Assembly: GCA_963665575.2 (NCBI GenBank) | Contig: CAXXDW010000006.1 | Coordinates: 1,201,122 to 1,265,121 of the forward strand | Origin: Gammaproteobacteria bacterium | Lineage (GTDB): Bacteria; Pseudomonadota; Gammaproteobacteria; Steroidobacterales; Rariloculaceae | DNA: 64,000 bases | Direction: 5' to 3' | Shown here: positions 25,458 through 34,138 of the stretch, in pieces | Layout: each line of letters opens with the position of its first letter | How positions within the stretch are numbered: position 1 is the stretch's first letter | Position numbers and translations under genes: made by a program | Notes under the pieces: generated by a model | Told to the model about the DNA's origin: nothing | Databases searched by the model: none | Seen by the model: the letters and a program-made list of their open reading frames with translations, nothing else

Positions 25458-26606
25458 ATGGCCAGACCAATGAGCGATGGATCCACAAACGCCGACCGAC
25501 TTCTCGGTGCGCGCCGCCTGGTCGTCAAGATCGGCTCCGCCCTGTTCATCGATCAGGATACGGGCGCGCTCGACGAAGACTGGCTCACGGCGCTTTGCGA
25601 GGATGTCGTGTGGCTTCATGAATCGGGCGGTCAGGTCGTGCTTGTATCTTCGGGCGCCGTCGCGCTTGGCGCGCGCGAACTCGGGATCGACCCGCGCCGC
25701 GCACGTCTTGAAGACAACCAGGCCGCCGCGGCGGCCGGCCAGATCCTGCTCGCCCACGCGTACCATGACGCGTTGCGCGCGGTCGAACTGACGACAGCAC
25801 AGGTCCTGTTGACGCTCGACGACAGCGAGAGCAGGCGCCGCTACCTCAATGCATGCAAGACGCTGTTGACGCTTCTCGCCCGCGGTGCGGTTCCGGTGGT
25901 GAACGAGAACGATACCGTCGCGACACAGGAGCTTCGCTACGGGGACAATGATCGTCTCGCAGCGCGGGTCGCACAGATGGTCAGCGCCGACTGCATGGTC
26001 CTGCTGTCCGATGTGGACGGTCTTTACACCTGCGATCCGCAGCGTAATGACGATGCCGAGCACGTGCCGGAGGTCACCGGCATCGACGAGCGGATCCGCG
26101 CGATGGCAGGCGGCCCGGGTTCGGCACACGGTTCAGGCGGCATGCATACCAAGCTCGACGCGGCGCGGATCGCCACGGGGGCCGGCTGCCGGGTAGCGAT
26201 CACGAACGGCCGCGTGCGGCGGCCGCTCAAGGCGCTGAGCGAGGGTGGCCGGGCGACGTGGTTCCTGTCGACGGCGACGCCCGCGGCGGCCCGCAAGCAA
26301 TGGATCGCGGGTACGCTGAAACCCAAAGGCAGCGTTAGTGTCGACGCCGGCGCCGAGCGTGCGCTGGCGGCGGGCCGGAGCCTGCTTCCGGCCGGCGTGA
26401 CCGAAGTCGCGGGGGATTTCGAGCGCGGCGACGCGGTGCGCGTGCTGAGCGGACTGGGCGTCGAGTTGGGCCGTGGGCTCATCGGCTATTCCTCCGACGA
26501 GGCTCGCGCGATCGCAGGCAAGCAATCGGAATTCATAGCGAGCGTATTGGGTTATCGCGGTCGGGATGAGATGATCCACCGCGACGACCTGGTGTTGATG
26601 CATTGA
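25458..26606 (+). CDS. proB: glutamate 5-kinase
   Basis: RRLVVKIGSALF, VLVSSGAVALG, VPVVNENDTVAT, GDNDRLAARVA, GSGGMHTKL and a C-terminal PUA-like region. The start is ambiguous (ATG 25458 or 25470). Confidence 0.85.
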   Translation: MARPMSDGSTNADRLLGARRLVVKIGSALFIDQDTGALDEDWLTALCEDVVWLHESGGQVVLVSSGAVALGARELGIDPRRARLEDNQAAAAAGQILLAHAYHDALRAVELTTAQVLLTLDDSESRRRYLNACKTLLTLLARGAVPVVNENDTVATQELRYGDNDRLAARVAQMVSADCMVLLSDVDGLYTCDPQRNDDAEHVPEVTGIDERIRAMAGGPGSAHGSGGMHTKLDAARIATGAGCRVAITNGRVRRPLKALSEGGRATWFLSTATPAAARKQWIAGTLKPKGSVSVDAGAERALAAGRSLLPAGVTEVAGDFERGDAVRVLSGLGVELGRGLIGYSSDEARAIAGKQSEFIASVLGYRGRDEMIHRDDLVLMH

Positions 26607-26618
26607 GAGACGAGTACG

Positions 26619-27905
26619 ATGAATATCGCCAACCGCGAACTTGAACCCGGCCTTCACGAGCAGATGATGGGTCTCGGGCGCGCCGCGCGGGACGCGGCAG
26701 ACGTGCTCGCGAGAGCCCCGGGCGAGACGAGGAATGCCGTGCTTCAGAGCGCGGGAAGCGAGATCCGGGAGTCTGCTGCGGCGATTCTCGAGGCGAACGA
26801 GCGCGACTGTGCCGACGGACATCGGATTGGGCTGTCGGCCGCGATGATCGACCGGCTCGCACTGGACGACTCCCGGATCGAGGCCATGGCCGTGGGCGTC
26901 GAGTCGATCGCCGATCTCGACGACCCGGTCGGGCAGGTCATCGCCGAATGGAATCGGCCGAACGGTCTCAGGATCGAGCGCGTGCGCGTGCCGCTCGGCG
27001 TCATCGGCATCATCTACGAGAGCCGGCCGAACGTTACCGCGGATGCCGGCGCCTTGTGCCTGAAGAGCGGCAACGCGGTCATCCTGCGCGGCGGTTCGGA
27101 AAGCGCGCGCTCGAGCGCCGCGATTCACGCCTGCCTCGCGCGAGCGCTCGTGTCTCGCGGTCTGCCCGAGTCCGCGATTCAGATGGTGCCGACGCAGGAC
27201 CGCGAGGCCGTCGGTATCCTGTTGCGCGACATGGGGCAATTCGTCGACGTCATCGTTCCGCGCGGCGGCAAGGGCCTGATCTCGCGTGTCCAGCAGGACG
27301 CGCGCGTGCCCGTCATGGGACACCTGGAGGGCATCTGCCATACCTACGTGCATGCGGCGGCTGACCTCGACATGGCGCGGCGCCTCGTGGTCAACGCGAA
27401 GATGCGGCGAACCGGCATCTGCGGGGCCACCGAGGCCGTGCTCGTCGACCGCGCCTGCGCCGCGACCCACCTCGCGCCGATCGTCGCCGACCTGCTTGAG
27501 GCCGGCTGCGAGGTTCGCGGCGATCCGGCGACAGTGGACGTCAATTCACATGTCAGGACCGCGGAGCGCTCCGACTGGGGCAAGGAATACCTCGACGCGA
27601 TCGTCGCCGTCAGGGTCATAGACGGTATCGACGCCGCGCTCGAGCATGTCAGGACGCACGGTTCCGGCCACACCGATGCCATCGTTACGGAAGATGCCGC
27701 GGCGGCCGAACGGTTCGCGCGGGAACTGGACAGCGCGATCGTCATGCACAACGCCTCGACCCAGTTCGCCGACGGCGGCGAGTTCGGCATGGGCGCGGAG
27801 ATCGGCATCGCGACGGGACGCATCCATGCGCGCGGACCCGTCGGCGCGGCGGAACTGACAAGCTACAAGTACGTGGTGCACGGCTCGGGCCAGACGCGGC
27901 CCTGA
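26619..27905 (+). CDS. proA: gamma-glutamyl phosphate reductase
   Basis: [71 protein letters not shown]. Immediately downstream of proB. Confidence 0.9.
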   Translation: MNIANRELEPGLHEQMMGLGRAARDAADVLARAPGETRNAVLQSAGSEIRESAAAILEANERDCADGHRIGLSAAMIDRLALDDSRIEAMAVGVESIADLDDPVGQVIAEWNRPNGLRIERVRVPLGVIGIIYESRPNVTADAGALCLKSGNAVILRGGSESARSSAAIHACLARALVSRGLPESAIQMVPTQDREAVGILLRDMGQFVDVIVPRGGKGLISRVQQDARVPVMGHLEGICHTYVHAAADLDMARRLVVNAKMRRTGICGATEAVLVDRACAATHLAPIVADLLEAGCEVRGDPATVDVNSHVRTAERSDWGKEYLDAIVAVRVIDGIDAALEHVRTHGSGHTDAIVTEDAAAAERFARELDSAIVMHNASTQFADGGEFGMGAEIGIATGRIHARGPVGAAELTSYKYVVHGSGQTRP

Positions 27906-27988
27906 GCGCCTGCAGCGACGCCACGCCAACATCGATTCCTGCCGCAGCAGCGCATGCGAGGCAGGGCTCCGACGACCCTTGAACGTGC

Positions 27989-28022
27989 CGCGGCCCGCCC
28001 CCCGGAACCGGGAGGCGGGCCG
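27989..28022. terminator. strong GC hairpin between convergent genes (possible bidirectional terminator)
   Basis: gcggcccgcc (27989-27998) and ggcgggccgc (28013-28022) are perfect 10-bp inverted repeats. There is no clear U-tract. Confidence 0.3.
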
Positions 28023-28067
28023 CTGGCGTCGATTGTCGTTGTCGGAGTCGGATTCGCCGGTAGCCGT

Positions 28068-28580
28068 TCAGAACCGCAGGATGCGCGCCTCATCGGAGTC
28101 GGCATCGAGATCCGGCAACGTCGGCAGGAAATCCTGCCCGGCGATCTCGATCAGGCCGGCGTCGAGTTCCCAGGCGGCGCTCACGGCAGCGTTGTCAGCA
28201 AGCGCGAATTCGACGGGCCCTGCAAATTCGAGGCTCGGCGGGCTCGCCTGGTAGACGCGGATCGCCGGGGGCAGGCGCTCTGGTCGAGGCCGTTCCGACA
28301 CCGCGACATCGTCCGTCTGCAGACCTTCGGGATACTTTGCGGTTACCGTCACGATCTCGATGGGCGGGAGCTCGCGCAGCCTGGCCATGAGGAAGTTCAT
28401 GGTCGGGAAGTCGTCAGCATTGGCCGTGACGATCACTTCTTCCATGACGGCAACGCCCGGATACGCCGGTGCTTCGCTCAGACCGTCCACTTGCGCCGTG
28501 GCGGCGGCGCCCGCGGCGTGGGCCATGCCCGATCCGGCCAGAAGGACGATTGCCGAGAAAATATTGCGTTGTGCGTTCAT
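28068..28580 (-). CDS. hypothetical secreted protein
   Basis: Internal ATG 28580 is preceded by a gggag SD. Signal peptide MNAQRNIFSAIVLLAGSGMAHA. I recognise no family. Confidence 0.5.
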   Translation of the reverse strand: MNAQRNIFSAIVLLAGSGMAHAAGAAATAQVDGLSEAPAYPGVAVMEEVIVTANADDFPTMNFLMARLRELPPIEIVTVTAKYPEGLQTDDVAVSERPRPERLPPAIRVYQASPPSLEFAGPVEFALADNAAVSAAWELDAGLIEIAGQDFLPTLPDLDADSDEARILRF

Positions 28581-28738
28581 TGCCTTGCTCCCTGTGTGAG
28601 TCCGTTTATCCGGAATGCAGGGCAATTGTGTGCGGTGCGGCGCCACGCCGTCTCTGTAGATACCTCAAGATTGGGCAAGTTAGCTTTGCACTGAAGTCCG
28701 GTCCGTGGATTGGCGCCGGAAGGATTGCCGGAACGAGC

Positions 28739-28984
28739 TCAGGCCGCGTCGACGGCCTCAAACCGCAGCGTCGGCCGGTCGCCGCGCCTGGAATAGCGGT
28801 GCTCGCCGGCCATGTCCTCAAGTGCGGCATCGCGTTCCTCGGCCGAGGCATACCAGTGATAACACTCCCAGTCCGCACCCAGCAGGCGTGCGAAGGATTC
28901 GCCGCGCGGCAGGCTCACGCGGATGCCGTAGGGCCTTGCTGCGGAAGGCCCGCGACTGAGATTGTGTGAGTGGCAGATTTCCAT
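28739..28984 (-). CDS. small hypothetical protein
   Basis: Internal Met of ORF 28739..29101 (MEICHSHNLSRG...WECYHWYASAEERDAALEDMAGEHRYSRRGDRPTLRFE). My manual codon reading shows high third-position GC. I recognise no family. Confidence 0.35.
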   Translation of the reverse strand: MEICHSHNLSRGPSAARPYGIRVSLPRGESFARLLGADWECYHWYASAEERDAALEDMAGEHRYSRRGDRPTLRFEAVDAA

Positions 28985-29161
28985 CGTCGGCTTCGGAGGC
29001 GCGCTTCGGCAATCATAGCCGAATGCGTTGGCGCCGACATGCGAGCCGATCGAGCCGTCGCGCCAGGTGGAGCGACCGCACGCCGAACGGGCGCAGCGCA
29101 CGCCGGGCCGTCGCGCTCGCCCGCTGCCAGCCCTGCCTGGGCGGCAAGCGCGGCGCCGGGC

Positions 29162-29812
29162 TCAGCCCAGTTGCCGTTCCTCGGCGCCGGCGCGTTCCGG
29201 CCAGCCAAGGATACGCCGCGTCACGAAGTGATACGGCGGCTTGAACAACAGCCGCCAGAGCTGTGCCGGGAGCGAGGGTCGTGCGAGCAGCGTGCGCTCC
29301 CTTGCCGTGAGCGTTTCGGGGAGATAGTGCCGCTTGTGCTTGAGCAGGTGGCGCAGATCCTCGCGCGCGAGCAGCCGAAACCACCTTCCTCGATTCTTCG
29401 AGACGACCGCGAGTTGAAAGTCCACGATGCCGGGACGCTCGCCCGGCATGCAGATCCAGTTGGCTTCCTTGGCGAGGTCGTTGTGCGCGATGCCGCGCCG
29501 GCGCATCCGGAACAGGAGCTTTTGAGCGCGGCGGAAATACTGCCTCGACGGCGGCTGGCCGAGGTGCATCGGCAGCCCCGGCAGCCAGGTCCGCCTGAGC
29601 GTTTGGCCATCGAAACCGATCAGCTTCGGCGTTCCCGCGAGCCCATCCAGTACCGAAAGCGCGTCGGCTTCGCGGCGCGCCAGGCGTGCGGCGAGGAATC
29701 GTACCCGGCGGCCAGCCGGCCGCGTGTCCCGGATGACCACGCTCGCACAGTTCCCGGTGGCTACTTCCACGGTGCCGAGACTGTCTCGCTTCAGGGTTCG
29801 CCGAAGCGTCAT
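29162..29812 (-). CDS. atypical protein-kinase-fold protein (Kdo/WaaP/RIO-like small kinase family)
   Basis: HNDLAKEANW (HxDLxxxN catalytic-loop-like), IVDFQLA (DFG-like), EDLRHLLKHKR. I prefer ATG 29812 because AAGGAG lies about 10 nt upstream. The longest ORF start (29956) has no SD and would add two degenerate copies of the N-terminus. Confidence 0.7.
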   Translation of the reverse strand: MTLRRTLKRDSLGTVEVATGNCASVVIRDTRPAGRRVRFLAARLARREADALSVLDGLAGTPKLIGFDGQTLRRTWLPGLPMHLGQPPSRQYFRRAQKLLFRMRRRGIAHNDLAKEANWICMPGERPGIVDFQLAVVSKNRGRWFRLLAREDLRHLLKHKRHYLPETLTARERTLLARPSLPAQLWRLLFKPPYHFVTRRILGWPERAGAEERQLG

Positions 29813-29956
29813 TGTTGCAGCGCTCCTTCTTGAGATCGTCACCAATTGGCGCGCGTCGCGCTTCAAGGTTCGCCGACGGCTCGTCGCGAGTGTCGTGGCC
29901 GGAACGGAATCGCTTGCTTCGCGCCGGTCGCGCTTCAGGATTCGTCCAACGCTCAT
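29741..29956. repeat. three copies, at exact 72-bp spacing, of a roughly 30-bp segment equal to the first 10 codons of the kinase-fold gene
   Basis: On the minus strand: atgacgcttcggcgaaccctgaagcgagac / acgagccgtcggcgaaccttgaagcgcgac / atgagcgttggacgaatcctgaagcgcgac. The copies end at 29812, 29884 and 29956. Confidence 0.75.
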
Positions 29957-29972
29957 TGCTACACTACGAGCC

Positions 29973-32900
29973 GTGTCAAGAGTAACCCATGCAGGTGATT
30001 TCTTTGTCGTCGGCGGTGCCGTCCAGCCCGGCCGTGCCTGCTACATCGAGCGAGGCGCCGACGAGGCCCTGCTCCAGAGCATCGCAGATCAGCAGTTCTC
30101 GTATGTCCTGAGCCCGAGGGCGTCGGGAAAATCGAGCCTCATGGCACGCGCGATTACCGCGCTGCGCGAACGGCGCCAGCTCGCCGCCGTTGTCGATCTG
30201 ACCCAGATCGGCGCTCGCAGCGACAGCGACGATGCCGGACGCTGGTATTACAGCATCGCGTACCGCGTGCTGCGCGAACTCAGGCTCAAGGTCGACCTGC
30301 AAGCGTGGTGGCAGGGCACGGGCGCCCTGCTCAACGAGCAGCGGCTCGTCGAGTTCTTCTCCGAGGTGGTGCTCGCGCATACGTTTGAGCCCGTGACGAT
30401 CTTTTTCGATGAGATCGAGCGCGCCGAGGAGCTGCCGTTCGCGAGGGAGCTCTTTTCGGCCATCCGCACCTGTTACGCGCGGCGCGTCTCGGAACCGGAC
30501 TTCAATCGGCTCAACTTTGTCGTTCTCGGCGTCACGACGCCGGCCAGGCTTTGCCCGGACGAAAGCTGGTCGCCGTTCAGCGACGGTCGCGAGACCGAAC
30601 TGCCCGACTTCAGCGCTGCCCAATGCCACCGCTTCGCGGCAGGTTTCGGGTTCGACGAGGAGTCCGGTCGCGCGCTCATGGACAGGATTTACGGCTGGAC
30701 GCGGGGACAACCGTACCTCACGCAGAAGCTCGCTCGAGCCGTAGCGCGCAGGGGCGGGAAGCTCGCGGACGTCGATCGCTGTGTCCAGGAGCTGTTTCTC
30801 GCGCCGCGCGCGGGTCGCGAGGAGCCGTTGCTGAGCCAGATGAGGACCCTGCTCACGCGCAAGTCGCAGGTCAGGCGGCAAGCGTTGTCGGTGCTCGAGA
30901 AAATGGGAAGAGGCGGCGAGATCGTCCCCGCCGCCGCCCGCCACGCGCTTGAGTTCCTGAACCTCTCCGGCGTCGTGAGCCACGACGACACGGGTCGGCT
31001 GCACTACAGGAACAGGATTTACGAGCGCGTCTTCGATGGCGAGTGGGCGTCGTCGGCGCGTCCGATCGACTGGCGACGGCCGCTTGCGTTCGCCGCGGCC
31101 GCGGCCGTGGCGCTGCTCTTGCCGTACTGGTATCTGCAAGTCCTGCCTCGGCCCTATATCGACATCCTGTCCGTGGTGACGGAGGACTACGCGGTCGCCG
31201 AGGACGCATACCAGGCGCTGCATCGAATACCGGGTTTCGCCGGTCGTGCCGACCGACTGCTTGGGGAGGCGATGACGCGCCGCAGCCGCTCCGCGGGCAC
31301 GCTCGACGAGGTGCTGGCCGCCGATGCCGTCCTCAGAAACCTGCCGGATCGTGCCGGACTTGCCGACGAACTCGTGGGCGCCTATTGGTTGCGGCGCTCG
31401 CGCGAAGCGATGCGCCGCGAGCAGCGTGACGAAGCCCTGTTGCTTGCGGTTCAGGCCTTGTCGGGCCAGCGCGAAGCCGTACAGGCAACGGCCGCCGAAC
31501 TGATCGGTTCGGACTATCGACAGCTTGAGCGCAGCTTTCGCCTCACCGAACCGCCGCTCGACTGGCGAGTCGATTGGCAGCGCGGCGAGCTCGTCGTCAT
31601 CGACCGGGCTCATCGCGTGCAGCATCTGGCGTTGCGCGAGCCGCCGCAGCCACCGGCTGCGCCGGACGTCGGGCGGGTCGAGCGCATCCAGGGCAGGTTG
31701 ACGGCGCTGCAGCATGTGCCGGTCGAGCGCGAACTCGTCGTGGACGAGCGCCGGGTGGCCGGGGGGTTCGATCTGCTTCTGACGTTGCGGCATACCCGGG
31801 CGAGCGACCTGCTCGTGACGCTGACTGCGCCTGGCGGCGGTCAGGCGACGCTGGCCGTGCCGCAGCCGCGTGCGGATCAGCAGGCGCTGCGCTTTAGCGC
31901 CCGGCCGGGCTCGCCGTTGTTCGCGCTGGCGGACGAGGACAGTCGCGGTTCGTGGCGTCTGACCGCCGTCGACCGCCGCTCCGACGAGGTGGGCGTGCTC
32001 ATGAGCTGGGGCTTGCAGTTTGCCGGTGACGCTACGGTGTACACGGACACGCCCGAGCAGGGCGTTGCGCTTCCGGACCCCGTGAGGACCGACGAAGTCG
32101 AGATCGATCTCGACGCGAGCGGCCGCTTCGCGCTGGCTCGACCGTCGCGCTTCGGCGGGGCGCTGGCCATCTGGGATCTGTTGCGCGGCGAGCTTGTCGG
32201 CGACCTGCCGATGGAGTCGCCCATCGAGCATGTGCTTTACAGTTCGGAGTACTCGCGCGCGATCGTCACGACGGCCGACGCGCTTGAGCTGACGGCCTGG
32301 GATGCCGGTCGGGTGCTTGCGCCGCCAGGCATTTCGAGCTTCCTGACGTCAATCGACTTCCCGCTGCCGCCGGTGCTCAGTACCGACGGCGGCTATTTTG
32401 CAGTCGCCTTTCGAGGGGACTCCGACTCGCTGGAGTTCATTGTCAAACGAGTCGACGACGGAACGACAGTCGGCGCCGGCTACGATCTCGCAGACGCGGC
32501 GGACTGGGTGCTCGGTTACGCTGCGCGTTACCTGGCTTTGGTCGACCCCGCCGGGCGCGTGCGCGTCGTCGATCCGCGCAACGGGCGGCGGCTCGCCGAC
32601 TTGCGTCACGCCCTGGCTATCGAGCGGCTCATCGCCGTGCCGGGTACGGACACGCTCCTCGCGATCGACAGCGCGGGCGATCTGCTGGCGTGGACGATTG
32701 AGGCTGTGATCGTGCCCGAGGACGGTCTCCCCGAGACCGGCAGCAGGGGGGCTGTCTTGCCCTTGATGTCCAGAGTGGATCCCGGTGCAACGGACTTCAG
32801 CGTACCGGAGCCGATACTGCTCGGCAGAACGATCGATCCGGCGAGCGTCAGTGTCGCCGCGGATGCCGCAGTGCTCGCGTTTGAGGCGGCGCCCGGTCTC

Positions 32901-34058
32901 ATTCAGCTTCGCAACCTCGACGGTCGGGCGAGTGCGGGCAGCTTTCGACTTGACCCGGGCGTCGTGACCCGGGTCTCCGCGGACGGCCGCGAATTGCTGA
33001 CGGTCACCGGCAGCACGGTGTTTCGGCTCTGGCGGCTCGATCCGCGCGAGTCCGCACCCGGCTCCGATCCGGAGCTGTCGGCGCTCGCGCTCGACTCCAC
33101 GGATCAGTCTGTGGCGCTCGGGTATCGCGGCGGCCACGTGCGGGTTCGACGCGTCGAGGAACTGCAGGACGCGGGCGCCGCGCCCGACAGCGTCGACTTC
33201 ATCGGCCACCGGGGCGCGGTCACGAGCCTCGCCCTGAACGCGGCAAGCCGCCTCGTTGCGAGCGGTGGGGCCGACGGCGTCGTGCGCGTATGGGACGCAG
33301 GCAGCGTCGCGCCGGACCCGGCATTCATGCGCCACCCGGCAGGCCCGATACATGCGGTCGAGATCAGCGCCGATGGGCGCCGGATCGTCAGCGCGGCGGA
33401 GTACTCGGCCAGGATCTGGTCCGCGCAGGACGGCGAACTGGTCGGAGAGATTCCCGTCAATGGCTCCGCGCTTGCGGTCGCGTTCTCGCCCCGGGGCGAA
33501 CTCGTCGCGGTCGGCGACAGCGCCGGCAACATCTTCTTTGGTGCCCCCATGGGATCGGAACCGTTGCTCTCGACCCGCGCGCAGTCCGCCGTCCGGTCGA
33601 TCGCGTTCTCGCCTGACGGGAACCTCTTTGCGAGCGGCGACAGCGCCGGCAATCTGCAGCTCTGGGACACCGCTGCGGCGGCGCCGTTCGGCGATCCGCG
33701 TGGCTTTCCGCACGCTGTCGAGTGGCTCGATTTCAGCCCGGACAGCCGCTTCGTGCTTGCGCGCAGCGCGCACTGGATGCATCGGCTGGAGCTGATCGGC
33801 GAGGACCTCACGGTCGTCGATACGCGCTTGCTGCCCGGGGGCCTGAACGCCGATGCCGTGCTCGGCGGCACGCAGGCGGAAACGGTGCGGCTGGTGGGCG
33901 GGCCGGAAACCGGGCGCGCCGCGTTTGTGAACCTTGGCCTGACCCGGCCCGCCGAGACGCCGCTGTCGGCGGATTCGACGGATCTCACACGCGACTGGCA
34001 GGCGATCCTCGGTCTGACGCTCGACACCCGCACCGGCCTGGTGCGCAGCGCCTTCTAG
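29973..34058 (+). CDS. AAA_35-type P-loop NTPase - TM - proprotein-convertase P-domain - WD40 beta-propeller protein
   Basis: Part of ORF 29724..34058; the start is set at GTG 29973, without an SD, so it is uncertain. N-terminus FFVVGGAVQPGRACYIERGADEALL. Walker A SPRASGKSS (GKS codons 30126-30134). Walker B IFFDEIE (30399-30419). GWTRGQPYLTQKLA. Single TM segment PLAFAAAAAVALLLPYWYLQVL. P-domain-like LLLTLRHTRASDLLVTLTAPGG...GSWRLTAVDRRSDEVGVLMSWGLQF. WD40 units: GHRGAVTSLALNAASRLVASGGADGVVRVWD, VRSIAFSPDGNLFASGDSAGNLQLWD. Confidence 0.8.
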   Translation: MSRVTHAGDFFVVGGAVQPGRACYIERGADEALLQSIADQQFSYVLSPRASGKSSLMARAITALRERRQLAAVVDLTQIGARSDSDDAGRWYYSIAYRVLRELRLKVDLQAWWQGTGALLNEQRLVEFFSEVVLAHTFEPVTIFFDEIERAEELPFARELFSAIRTCYARRVSEPDFNRLNFVVLGVTTPARLCPDESWSPFSDGRETELPDFSAAQCHRFAAGFGFDEESGRALMDRIYGWTRGQPYLTQKLARAVARRGGKLADVDRCVQELFLAPRAGREEPLLSQMRTLLTRKSQVRRQALSVLEKMGRGGEIVPAAARHALEFLNLSGVVSHDDTGRLHYRNRIYERVFDGEWASSARPIDWRRPLAFAAAAAVALLLPYWYLQVLPRPYIDILSVVTEDYAVAEDAYQALHRIPGFAGRADRLLGEAMTRRSRSAGTLDEVLAADAVLRNLPDRAGLADELVGAYWLRRSREAMRREQRDEALLLAVQALSGQREAVQATAAELIGSDYRQLERSFRLTEPPLDWRVDWQRGELVVIDRAHRVQHLALREPPQPPAAPDVGRVERIQGRLTALQHVPVERELVVDERRVAGGFDLLLTLRHTRASDLLVTLTAPGGGQATLAVPQPRADQQALRFSARPGSPLFALADEDSRGSWRLTAVDRRSDEVGVLMSWGLQFAGDATVYTDTPEQGVALPDPVRTDEVEIDLDASGRFALARPSRFGGALAIWDLLRGELVGDLPMESPIEHVLYSSEYSRAIVTTADALELTAWDAGRVLAPPGISSFLTSIDFPLPPVLSTDGGYFAVAFRGDSDSLEFIVKRVDDGTTVGAGYDLADAADWVLGYAARYLALVDPAGRVRVVDPRNGRRLADLRHALAIERLIAVPGTDTLLAIDSAGDLLAWTIEAVIVPEDGLPETGSRGAVLPLMSRVDPGATDFSVPEPILLGRTIDPASVSVAADAAVLAFEAAPGLIQLRNLDGRASAGSFRLDPGVVTRVSADGRELLTVTGSTVFRLWRLDPRESAPGSDPELSALALDSTDQSVALGYRGGHVRVRRVEELQDAGAAPDSVDFIGHRGAVTSLALNAASRLVASGGADGVVRVWDAGSVAPDPAFMRHPAGPIHAVEISADGRRIVSAAEYSARIWSAQDGELVGEIPVNGSALAVAFSPRGELVAVGDSAGNIFFGAPMGSEPLLSTRAQSAVRSIAFSPDGNLFASGDSAGNLQLWDTAAAAPFGDPRGFPHAVEWLDFSPDSRFVLARSAHWMHRLELIGEDLTVVDTRLLPGGLNADAVLGGTQAETVRLVGGPETGRAAFVNLGLTRPAETPLSADSTDLTRDWQAILGLTLDTRTGLVRSAF

Positions 34059-34126
34059 GAGCCTGTGCCGCAGGAAGTCGCGAAAGCGGATTTGCAGCCG
34101 TGAATTCCTGCGACGCAGGCTCCTGG
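34056..34126. repeat. REP/MITE-like palindromic element, full-length copy
   Basis: taggagcctgtgccgcaggaa...gcggatttgcagccgtgaa...ttcctgcgacgcaggctcct. The 20-nt terminal inverted repeats match 18/20. The first 3 nt are the TAG stop of the 29973..34058 gene. Confidence 0.8.
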
Positions 34127-34138
34127 CACCCTCGCCCC

